Assembly: GCA_002189035.1 (NCBI GenBank)
Contig: NEEC01000017.1
Coordinates: 1,240,001-1,304,000, forward strand
DNA: 64,000 bases
Source: Utricularia gibba
Taxonomy: Eukaryota > Plantae > Magnoliophyta
Direction: 5' to 3'
The notes under the pieces are model-generated. The model was not told the DNA's origin, did not search any database, and was given only the letters and a program-made list of their open reading frames with translations. Below are positions 53,002-64,000 of the stretch, piece after piece. Within the stretch, counting starts at the first letter, position 1. Each line of letters opens with the position of its first letter. The translations under genes were made by a program, and so were the position numbers.

Positions 53002-53062
53002 CGTATCGTACAATCTGCATCGACAAAACTCAACCCAGCCCCAATTAAAACCCTTGCATTAC

Positions 53063-53082
53063 AAAAAAAAAAAAAAAAAAAA
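53063..53082 (+). repeat. A20 homopolymer in the CHFR leader/promoter
   Basis: Directly visible. Confidence 0.9.
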
Positions 53083-54019
53083 GAGCAGAGTGCTTTTCGT
53101 TAAAACCGGGTCAGAGCAATACAGGTTCCGGGGCCCCGAGAGTCCGCTCCAGACCAACGGGCAAGACTCTTCGAAATTTGTTTTATATTTTCAAAATTAA
53201 AACCAATAAATTAATTTGAAATACACGTATTATAACATTTGAAGAGTATTTACCCAAAATTTTGAAATTATAATTAAAATATGAAAATTCAATTTCGAAA
53301 TATCAATATGATAATTTGGAAAATCTACAACTATGCGACATTTTTTATTATTAATATACTTTAATAAATAATATTATAAATTATTTTTATACTTTAATTC
53401 TTGTTAATTTAAGATAAGGCCACCCCTGACTCTTGAACATAGCTCGTTCTTGCAGATTTCATTGGCCCACAATGTGTGGCGCTGCTCGTTGGCGGGGCAC
53501 GTGGCGGGCCAAGAGTGGGGCAACGTGGATAAGCTGGGATTCCTCTAGTATGACAATCTGCAAATGCAGGATGTCATCCACAAAAGCAGTTCTAATAATG
53601 GACATTAGCGTCTTAAGTGGAATGTATTCCTCTCCAGTGTAATCCGCGTTCAATTTCGGGCACCCCAGGTATTCTACCTGCAGGTAATGAGAATATGCAC
53701 TATTGATCTCGGAGTGTTCGATGAAATGTCTAGTTCAGGAATAGAAAACTCTGTTGATAACTAGTTGGGAGGGAATCTGTCCGCACGTGGGGTGTGATGC
53801 CAATTGGCAGGGCTAAAAAAGGGATGCCTGTAGTGGATTCAAGTAAGGTCTATGAGTTGTAGTGGCCATCATAAGCTGTATGTCTAGATCATCTTTCTTG
53901 TCTTGTAAAGCTACTGTACCAAGAATATGGTGTCCTGATTGCATCTGAATGATCTTAACAGGGATTGTAACATCGTTTTGAGAAATGTATCACTTATTTT
54001 AAACACTTTTGTAGGTAAA

Positions 54020-55859
54020 ATGGCCACGATTTCTAAATGTAGGGTGTGGTGCAGAGATCATAATCTGTTTATTCCGACAGGTAATTGATGAACATTGCCA
54101 TGAACTAATAGCTTCGGTTTTGCTACTGTAATTGTAAATTGGGATATACGATATTTCAGGCAACTGGGAAGGTGTGTTACACCTTGCAACTAATAAAGCA
54201 ACGAATCCTAGGTATGAGAAACTGGGTTTTCCTTGTTATTGAGTTCATAAGCTGACATTTTTAGCTCTAGTGGCAGGAACCGTTGGAAGGGAAGGTACCG
54301 CACAGTTATCAGAGCACTCAGTTCTTTTGAAAAGCATAAAAGATCACTAGATTCTTACATTGAGAAACTCCATCAAGATACATCCTTTCTGTCCCTGAAA
54401 TTCCTGAATCCCATAGAGGAAACTAATGATAGTCATGAAATAGACAACAGCTTCAGGCCCTTGGAGAATTATCTTGATAAAGATGAAGTAGGTAATATCA
54501 CTTTCCATGATCTTATCTGCTGCTGATTACTTCAAAGCAGCAATAATCACAGCAAGAGACTGATGTAGCTGATGTGGCAGGCAATAATTTCCTGGAAACT
54601 AGAAGCCAAAGTCAGAGATTTTTGAAAAATTATATGGAGTACGGAGCTGATGGGGATGGCCTCAATCAGATTTCTGAGGATGAAGCTTTCAATTTCTACG
54701 TGATGTAATGTTTTTTTTTTAAATTAAATGTTATGTAGCTCAATGATATCCAACTGACGCTTTTTTGTGTTGGATCCTTTGGCAGAGGCACACTGGTTTC
54801 TATAAACATAGCAGTTTTTCTTTTCGAGATAGCTTCTCCAGTAAAGATCTCAAACTGGGGGCTGGTTTCACTCCCCACAATTTACGGAGCCAAGATAAAT
54901 AGCTTGATTTTAACTGGAGAATGGTGGAGATTTGTGACGCCAATGTTTCTGGTACAAGGCTGATGACTCGGTTCGTGCTTTGATACTATAATAATGTTCA
55001 CCCGTAGGATGATGCTCTCATGTTGCATGTTAGCCATTCCCATACATAATCCAGATGCATCTTAAATGTTGTGGAAAATGTTCAACTTCTCTGGTTTTTG
55101 TGCTTCATAGTCCATCTTGAAGGCCCTCTCTCTCAGACTACTCATTTACTTGGTTGCAGCATACTGGAATCTTGCATTTACTTCTTGGTAGCTGGACCCT
55201 CTTCACTTTTGGTCCCCCAGTATGTGGGGCTTATGGTTCATTCACCTTTCTACTTATATACATTCTTGGGGCATCTCCGGAAACTTGATAAGCTTTTTGC
55301 ACATCCCAGATCCAACAGTTGGTGGGACAGTAAGTTCTTCACCAATAATAGCATGGTTTATCTCTCTGTACACTCTAGCTAATGAATCAAAGCTTCTTCC
55401 CCAGGGACCTGCCTTTGCTGTCATTGGAGCATGGCTTGTCTATCAAGCTCAAAGCAAAGATGAAATTCCAAGGGAGCTATCTGACAAATTGTACATGAAA
55501 GCAATCATCGCCACCGCCCTGAGCTTCATCATCAGCAGCTTTGGCATGATCGATGACTGGTGAGCCAGCCTCCTTCAGCACCTGTGATTCATCACAGAAA
55601 CTCATCTCAACATTCAACCTTATTTTCTTCCTAGGGCGCATTTCGGATCAGCCTTCTCAGGCATCACATACGGACTCCTAACATCCCCACTTTCCAAGTG
55701 AAGGATGCTCCATCTCCACTAAAAGGTACACAGGAAGACCGAATCGCAATCGTAAAACGGTACGCCGATCCCTGCAAGTCACTTGCATACTTCTCCGTCC
55801 TCCTCTTCCTTCTCAGCTCCCTACTCTTCATCTTCGAGCCTCCATTGGCCCTAGATTGA
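54020..55859 (+). CDS. RBL9: Rhomboid-like protein RBL9-type, plastid (1 apparent frameshift at 54843-54845)
   Basis: RSLDSYIEKL; SINIAVFLFEIASP; YGAKINSLILTGEWWRFVTPMFL; IYILGGISGNLISFLH.PDPTVGGT|GPAFA; DDW|AHFGSAFSG. Confidence 0.85.
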
Positions 55860-56737
55860 GCTCCCTAGTCTACCAATATATATAGCTCCGCTTGCTTGTG
55901 TATCCGTACATGGGTATTTGCTTTTTAGGCTTCCTTATTGGGCCTTTAGCCCATTAATGCTACACATCCCTCACATTTTTAATTTTAATTATTTTTAATA
56001 TTAAAATAAAATTTAAAAATAAAAAAATAAAAAATAAATATTAACTGTGCAGGTTGACCTAATTGTCCCTGCCTTTTAGAATTCCAATCACATCGAGACA
56101 ACAAGAATGAGTCTTAATCCAGGCCCAATTACTAATTATTTTTTAAAAATATAATATTTTAATGCATTATTACCGAACTTAGGGGGGCAATCCTCTGCAT
56201 TTGGCATCATGAAAGTCCCACAGGCTCCCATAAACCCAACAAGCACTATACAATATCGTATCATGATAATATATTATATTTAAATTTTAATATATTTTTT
56301 TAATTAGAAACATCGAAAGTGATATTACATTGCGCCTGCCTTTTACCTCCATCCCAAAATTTTTGTAAATATGTTAAATAATTTGTATAAAAATAGATAT
56401 CTTTATTTTTTTATTTTTTAAAATAAAAGGTGTTATTAATAAAATTGTACACTACTACATTCTTTTTCACATATTTAGATAACATAAAATAAATATAGAA
56501 TGATTATTTTTTTATATATAATGTCTGACATATGGTCAAAATTCTAATTCGATTGTTACTGAAAAAAGTTGCATTTTCCATGAAAAAAAAAGGTATTCTT
56601 ATTGGAATGTTAAGTATCCACATAAAATCGGATTGCAATTATTAAAATTGGATTAAAAAAATGATTATATATGGAGGGCTTCTTGCCGTTGCTATTTATA
56701 TATGGAGGAATTTTGTGTGAGGGTATTGTTGGGGAGG

Positions 56738-58581
56738 ATGGGTAGTGTGCTGGGGCTAATGGCGGTTGCGGCGGGGTTTCTGTGTCTCTGCTTCTTGATG
56801 AAGCATGTTTACCAGACGGTGTGTAGCTACTTGCTGACACCCAGACGCATCAAAAGGGTAATGGAGAGGCAAGGGGTGAAGGGCCCGCCGCCGCGGCTGT
56901 TGGTCGGAAACCTACTGGAGATGGCGGCGATGGTGAAGGAGACAACCGCCGGGGATATGGATGGGATCAGCCACGACATCGTCGGCCGCCTTCTTCCGCA
57001 CTTCGTGGCGTGGTCCAGAGCTTACGGTGGGGTGAAATGGATGGATGATTTTTGGGGTTTGTGTGTGTCTGGTGGTGATGGAGATGCCGGGTTTTGCAGG
57101 GAAGAGATTCATATACTGGAACGGGACGGAGCCGCGGATGTGTTTGACGGAAACGGAGATGATCAAGGAGCTGCTCTCCAAGCACAGTACGAGTTCGGGA
57201 AGTCGTGGCAGCAGCAACAGGGATCGGAGCACTTTATCGGCAGGGGACTTTTAATGGCGAATGGCGACGAGTGGTACAAGCGCCGCCACATCGTCGCGCC
57301 GGCGTTTATGGGGGATAAGCTCAAGGTAATTGATTAATCTGCTGATATCACGTGAATAATATATATGCATTTTTCGGATTATTATTCTGGGCGTAGAGCT
57401 ACGCAGGGTGCATGGTGGAATGCACCAAAGAAATGGTGGAGACGCTACGGGCGGCGGTGGAGGGAGGCGCGACGGAGGTGGAAATCGGAGAGCACATGAC
57501 CCGGCTGACGGCGGACATAATCTCCCGGACGGAGTTCGACTGCAATTACGAAAAGGGGAAGCAGATTTTTCATCTGCTCACTGATTTACAGCAGCTCTGT
57601 GCTCAGGCGACTCGCCGGTTTTGCTTCCCCGGTAGCCGGTAATTCTGATAGTGATGATTTTCCATTCCAAAGGTCTACGCTTTTTGAGAAAGAAATATTA
57701 ATATTTGTGGGTCAAAACCTCAGGTACCTTCCTAGTAAATACAACAGAGAAATAAAGATGCTGAAAAAGGAGGTGGAGAAGCTGCTTATGGAAATCATAC
57801 AGAGCCGCCGCGACGGGGTTGAGATTGGCCGGCGAAGCTCTCACGGCAACGACTTGCTCGGAATGCTTCTAAACGAAATGCTATCCGGCGACGGGCTCTG
57901 CCTGAATCTTCAGCTGATAATGGACGAGTGCAAGACGTTTTTCTTCGCGGGCCACGAAACCACCGCGCTCCTCCTCACCTGGACAGTGATGCTCCTCGCC
58001 ACGAACCCGTCGTGGCAGGACAGAGTCCGGTCGGAAATCAACGACTTTTGCGGCGGCCATGTGCCTTCCGTCGACCACCTCTCCAAACTCACAATGGTAA
58101 GCCATTCCCCGTCCCCACCCTGAATCATTAAACCCCACTAACAAGATTCCCTCTTTCCAGCTAAACATGGTGATCAACGAATCTCTCCGGCTATACCCGC
58201 CGGCGTCCCTCCTCCCCGAATGGCCTTCGAGGGCATTAAGCTAGGGGACCTCCACATCCCAAAAGGACTCTCCATTTGGATCCCCGTCCTAGCAATCCAC
58301 CACAGCAAAGAAATATGGGGAGAAGACGCAAACCAGTTCAACCCCGGCCGGTTCTCCACCCGGAGCTCAGGCTCCGGTCGGAGCTTCCTACCCTTCGCAT
58401 TCGGACCTAGAAACTGCGTGGGACAAGGGTTCGCGCTCATGGAAGCCAAGATCATATTAGCAATGCTGATTCCCAAGTTCAGGTTCACCATCTCCCCAAA
58501 TTACCGCCACGCCCCGTCGTCGTCCTCACCATCAAACCCAAGCATGGAGTTCAAGTGTGCTTGAACCCCATCACTCCCTAA
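56738..58581 (+). CDS. CYP735A: Cytochrome P450 CYP735A cytokinin trans-hydroxylase (3 apparent frameshifts)
   Basis: LTPRRIKRVMERQGVKGPPP; HDIVGRLLPHFV; FIGRGLLMANG; I-helix FFAGHETTA; ExxR ESLR; heme motif FLPFAFGPRNCVG; 5 exons. Confidence 0.92.
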
Positions 58582-60859
58582 ACTCCACGACACAAACTAC
58601 ACCTTCCTTTCCACACAGGCCTCTATTTTTGCATCGAGATTGTAATAAACAGACCATCCAAAACAAGTGAAATTTACCACAAGAAAATAAACACAAAGGA
58701 GATGAGCGAATCTAGTGGCGATCCAACCATGTGGCCGACTCGGCGACATACAATCAACAAAAGAAAACAATGAACTGCTACAGCAAATATTTGTTTATAT
58801 ATATATTCGTATCATCATCACCTTTCTTCTTTTATCATGGAAAAAGTCTGGGCACCTTTGTGTCCCCAATTATTATCAACATCATCGAAGGCAACACAAA
58901 TATCGTTTGTCTTGGGAGAACAATAGAGGGCGTTCCAAATTTTTTCTAATTTGATCAATATTTTTATGTACTTTGGTTTATTTAATTAGATTATTAATTT
59001 TAACATAATATCATAGTACTTGTTTTGCGGCATTGTTTGAGTGGTCAAGATGAGTTTCGTATTGGTATGAATTTTGATTAAAAAAATAAGAAGATGCATT
59101 AAGTTTAAGTCATAAAAATTAAATTTACCTATGATTTAAAGACTAAATACAATCACAAAAAAACAAGTATTAAATAGATTTAAGATCAATTCTAATTCAG
59201 AGTGAATATTAGAATAAACAATATCACATCGATATTTTAAAATAAAATAATTAAGTATATAAGAAATTACATATCAATAATAATTGATTGAGCTTATTTT
59301 TTTAAATATAATTTATATTTTTTATGTATTTAAGTTTCGATGTGTTCATCCGATTTATTCGATACTTAATTCCAATAGGGGTTGGGATGAAAAAATAACA
59401 AGGAGATCGAAAGCAAGCTAATGTGGGTATGGCGATGATGTGCTTTAGTGCATGTAAGGTAGCGCCCGAGGAGCATATCTTGTAATAAAACTTTCAAAGC
59501 TGGATCAGATCCATTTATAGTTGTCAGATGTGTACGTACCCATAAAAAAAAAGAAAAGAAACTTTATCGAGCCAATCATGATGTGACACCTCATCTTTAT
59601 AAAATTATACTCCTTTATTATTATTTTATTGCAAAATTAATATTATAAATGATTATTGTCATTACACATGCCATATGATGGTCATGTTCTTAAATAATTG
59701 CTAAAATCAGCTCCTTTCTTACCTTTTTTTTGTTTCATTAGTTATTTCAAAAAGTGTCATGACAACAAATATTTAAAATATTATCACAATTTTAATATAT
59801 TTAAATTTTTGTTCAAGATTCCATTTTAAAGTTATAAACTTAATATATTTGAAAAATAACATTGTAATGGTGAATTAATTCCAATAATTATTACTCTCTC
59901 CCCCTACAACAAAATAAAACGATGTGAAAAACGATATTATTTACCAATTACATGATGGACTATAGTTCATATACTTTTTCCATTTGAGTGATAATATGCA
60001 CTTCCATCATGAGAAACATAAATTAAGTTGTATTTAAAAAGTTAGTTGCACAATATGGAAATAATTTTCAAGGTTTGATGGGCATGCCCAAAGAGCATGA
60101 TTTGTAAATGAGAAATAAAATAATTTTCTAAATTTTAGACTTTTTTTAAATTTGGGTAAAAATTATTAAATCGAATCTAAAGAATCATACTTTCAATATG
60201 AATGGGATCTAATCATCGAATTCAGCTACAGATTTGAAAAGGAAGCGACATTTCTCTAACAAGAAAGTTAGTCATGTGACCGAAGGGCACTGTACCCACT
60301 AAGCCGCAACTATTCAGACAAATCGACACAATGATATGGATAGTTTGTAAGAATCTTGGTATTTGGACTCCATAGGTCAATGTGGGACGCCACCCAACTC
60401 CAGGGAAGATCAAATGAGCTCTGAAAAGTCAGTATATTCGTCTGCTGATAAGCTTTTTCGAGACCCTTCTAGATAATTCGATCTCGAAACACTGTATATA
60501 AGAGAGATGCTGATCAAGAAGAAGATGCCATAAGATTACGTGATCGGGAGCAGGTGGAGCAGAATCGAAGAGTGATTGATAATGTGTGCTCTTTTATAGC
60601 GCACCCAGGGGCAAGGGGGGCCGCACAGTTGTACCTACAGTACAGGAAACTAACAAAAGGGTGGTGCAGAAGGGAGGAGGAGGGCCGGGAACGATGCAGA
60701 CACAAAAGGCGTGAGTGCGGCGGCCTGTTTCCGAGCAAAAACTGTTAGAAAACCGTAAAGTGCGCACCCCCACTCCACCAATGTGTGTCTCATGATACGT
60801 CTTAATCGCGAATGATTTTGATAAGACACACGCATGTTAGTGTTTTCTTTTCTTTTATT

Positions 60860-61310
60860 GCAGAAAACCCTTGTGGTTTGCTTTGAGTATCCCTCGTTTT
60901 CCTGGTCTCTGAGGCAAAGACTGATCTTGCATTTTGAATAACAGCATTTGAATTGCAACACCCTCTTGGTCTTTCAGGGAGAAGAGTGTTTTGTGCACCG
61001 ACATGCTGTCAGCAGATGAACAAGAATGGTGTCCACTGTCCGGGAGGTGCCCGTTTGTAAGAGCCCATCGAGAAATCTGGGTTTTCCTCTGTCTTTGGAC
61101 ACCCATTTAAGAGGCCCAGGCGAAACTCTTGACAACTCAGAGTGCGCAGGCTGCATCATGCTTGGAACACTTAAAATATGCAATAAAAAGGAGACATAAC
61201 CAGAGGAAGTCGGTCGGCGCCGTTGATGCAGCTTCTGTAACACAGCGGCGGCAGAGTTTCACCGTTTCTGCCCGTTGGCTGGGGTGAACTCCGACTCCCT
61301 CACTCTCTCG
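60860..61310 (-). ncRNA. Candidate structured non-coding RNA(s), family unassigned
   Basis: Several manually found stems, including an 11-bp closing stem with a G-U pair on the minus strand followed by T5; no credible ORF. Confidence 0.3.
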
Positions 61311-62044
61311 GGTCAATCTTGTTGAAATTTAGTATGAATATGCATGTAAAACTCAAGTGTATAATAAATGTGAATCACATTAGAAAAAATTAAGTATAAT
61401 TAATTACTAATGATTTATAATTTTTTATATATTTGATTATGTAACTTTTATTTTTTGTGATATTATATCATCTTAAAATATACAATACCACATCGAAAAA
61501 TAAAAATGACATAATCAAGTATATAATAAATTGTGAATCATTAATAATCGATTGTATCTATTTTTTTTTTAATATGAATCACATTTGTTGTATATTTGGG
61601 CTTCGTTAGTGCACTCATACAACCTATTGAATCCCGAATTTAAACAATTCTCATTTAGCCACCCCATTGAGCCAATATGAATTGTGTTGAAATTAAGAAT
61701 CTATAGAATCGTATAAATACACATAAAACCAAAGCATATAATAAATGTAAATTACATTAGAAAATATTAATTTTAATTTATTATGATTAATCTATAATTA
61801 TTTATACACATGATTATTTTAATTTCAAATTTAATTGTTTGTTTTAATAAATTGGGGTTACTACCAGATTTGGAATCACCCAACATGACTGCTGTGCTGA
61901 CTGATTCTTTTCCAAAACCATCAATCTGTAAACGGGTTCGGGTGATCCATTTTGAAAGATGGGGATGGATACGGAGTGCTTGACCCGGACCACAGGTTCC
62001 ATTCGACTCGTACAAGTTACTAATTTAGGCAACTCTAGAACGGC

Positions 62045-62091
62045 ACACGTGGAGGTAGATCAGGCGCCCTCGCTAGAATGGCGCCACGTGT
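62045..62091. promoter_or_regulatory. Paired ABRE/G-box elements upstream of LEA gene
   Basis: ACACGTGG 62045-62052 and GCCACGTGT 62083-62091, TATA-like at about 62131. Confidence 0.75.
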
Positions 62092-62196
62092 GTTTTTTCA
62101 CTAACTATGGAAACCGTCAGCTTTTTTATTTATATATTTACTGCTCCACGGTACTCCCTCTTTCCCGGTAGATTGCTGTTCTGACTGTTTTCCGAT

Positions 62197-63032
62197 ATGG
62201 CGGTGAAGACGGCGGCGTTGGTGTTCATGTTGTGCGTCTTTGTGGCGGCGCGTGGGGAGGAAGAGGCGCCGGCCACTTCCGATGACGATAGAAATTCCGC
62301 CAGTTCTTGGCGGGTTGGGCCACAAACACTTTCTCTAGGTACATAATTTTTTACTCCTCTTTTTAGTTTTTGTAATTTTGAATTAAATTAATTTATTTTA
62401 GAGGAATCAACATGGGCTCGGAGGAAGCCCAGAGAGCGGCTGAGAAAACCCAGGAAGCTGCTGGAGAAGCCACCGACACCGTGAATTCAGCTACATTTGG
62501 TGCATTTCTTGCTTCGTTTCATTGTATGTGATTCTGGAAGTTTGATCATTTTTTCTTTCTTCCTCTTTTTTTTCATCTCTCAGAGACGTCGAAGCAGGCC
62601 TCTGAAAAAGCGAGCGACTTCGCCCAAAGCACATGGCAGAAAATGAAGCCTGAAGACCAGGACACAGGCAAACAAAACTAAATTTGTTGTGTGGTTTGCT
62701 CTGAAATGGGCGCTGCACTCATTCACTAATCATGCTCTGAAACGAATAGTGGGTTGTGCTCTGTTATTGATGATGCATCTTCTGCTGCAGAAGGAACAGG
62801 CCAGGGGATCAAAGATGGTGGCTCAGAGGCGTATGAAAAGGGCAAAGAAAAGATAAAAATGGCGACGGAGAAAGCTTCTGATTTGTACGAGGACGCAAAA
62901 GAGAAGGTTGGGGAGACGTATGAATCCATGTCTGCAGAAGCGAGGCAAAAATATGAAGCAGCCAAAGAGAGAGCTTCACAGGCAGCAGGAGATATAGGGG
63001 CCCAAATGAGGAGGGGAAGTGCAGAATTGTGA
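62197..63032 (+). CDS. Group 3 (LEA_4) late embryogenesis abundant protein with signal peptide (1 apparent frameshift at 62309-62310)
   Basis: MAVKTAALVFMLCVFVAARG signal; SWAGWA motif after +1 nt; amphipathic A/E/K 11-mer repeats (EKGKEKIKMATEKASDLYEDAKEK); ends GSAEL*; 4 exons. Confidence 0.8.
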
Positions 63033-63211
63033 GAAGTCTCTGTCTTTTGTTCATCAATAAGGTTTTGAACCACTGGAAATCAAACATCTTAGTAACATAT
63101 ATCAGATTTTGGAGTATGCATAGAAAATGATTCTCCATGGAAATCAAGTACGTTGCTTTTCAATGTACACCGTCATACCAAAAAAACAGTAAGAAGCTGA
63201 GAAATTGAAGC

Positions 63212-63710
63212 TCATCCAAAGCACTGTTCGCTGGGAAGAGGACCGGGAAGGGAACCCTGATCGAGAAACTGCAATCCAAACACCACAATTATTCCCAACA
63301 GACACAGATACGAGAGACCCTCAACGGCTCCCAGTAATCCAAATGGCCCGTTCGGAAGACCCGAACCCGTTTTGCTCTTCGTGTACAGAGACCACGCCAC
63401 GATTGCGCCAACCGTCAGAAAACTCACTCCCTCCAGCGCGCCGATTGATCCTCCAGGACCCGGAGGGAGCCCGCATCTGGTGGTCTTAAGTGTGTACAGA
63501 GACCAAACCACCACCGGGTTCGCGATTAGACCTCCTATAATGGCTGCGCTCTCCACGACGGTGGGGCTGCCGCTGCTCCCTTCGCCACGGGCCATGGCGT
63601 GAATTTTGAGGATACGGCAACGGGGAATGGATTCCGGCCGGTGCAGAAGGCGGCATAGCGACGGCAGCTTGCGATTGCGGGAATTGAAAGGGGGTTGATA
63701 GCAGCAACAT
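63212..63710 (-). CDS. Conserved uncharacterised plastid membrane protein (At3g50685-like; 2 apparent frameshifts in transit peptide)
   Basis: AAIIGGLIANPVVVWSLYTLKT..GLPPGPGGSIGALEGVSFL..GLPNGPFGLLGAVEGLSYL..GSLPGPLPSEQCFG*; restoring 2 C gives transit peptide MLLLSTPLSIPAIASCRR.. Confidence 0.8.
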
Positions 63711-64000
63711 TTTTTTTTCTGGATGGAGCTTGTGGCTGCGAACTGGCTGCCTTAGCTTCAGATGCGAGAGCAATGGCTACAAAAATATTAGCTTTTTATT
63801 CTTTATTTCTTTTATTGTACAGAATTACACATCGCATACATCACCCCTAATCAGATCCGTTGCCAAGATCCGAATCATCCACCTCTCACGAACTATTTAG
63901 CTACTGTATTTTGCAAACTCAGGTACAGAGTCCTCGTTCAGATCTGTCCAAGCTACATTTTTTCAACGAAAACTTTAAAAAACGGAATCTGGGTAGCAAT

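Noticed and set aside
53433-53690. Short ORFs between CHFR and RBL9
   Set aside because: No family match; the region has a G-box, I-box and splice donor consistent with the RBL9 promoter and 5' UTR exon
61200-61300. 5S rRNA or Cassandra TRIM
   Set aside because: Only a short GGTGAAACTCTG resemblance; no plant 5S box A/C sequence and no paired LTRs seen
1-64000. CRISPR arrays, tRNA or rRNA genes, known miRNA hairpins, and the many antisense ORFs over genes
   Set aside because: No repeat-spacer array, cloverleaf or mature miRNA sequence recognised; antisense ORFs are shadows of GC-rich exons

Overview
Gene-dense eudicot nuclear DNA: 23 intron-containing or single-exon protein genes in 64 kb (about 1 per 2.8 kb), short introns and AT-rich spacers. 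The compactness resembles miniature genomes such as Lentibulariaceae, which is inference only. Gene order: BSD-domain protein, phytosulfokine precursor, S-group bZIP, RLP44, PDCD2-like, FTR catalytic chain, TBL/AXY4L, PTEN1, chorismate mutase, ENODL, DUF1336, DYW-PPR, DUF1997, alpha/beta hydrolase, aminopeptidase P1, HER2-like ADH, nMAT2, patellin, CHFR-like RING, rhomboid-like RBL9, CYP735A, LEA, and a conserved plastid membrane protein. Highlights: (1) an intact 733-bp Pack-MULE with a 10-bp TSD carrying an open Kelch-gene fragment, inserted just after the TBL stop codon; (2) a PSK ligand gene linked to the PSK-receptor partner RLP44; (3) a structured non-coding island at about 60.2-61.3 kb; (4) a 400-bp head-to-head promoter shared by two mitochondrial genes; (5) 13 frameshifts in 8 genes, each repaired by adding one base and mostly in G/C runs, most likely consensus errors. 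Family assignments and Arabidopsis locus comparisons come from my recall of the protein families, not from a database search.
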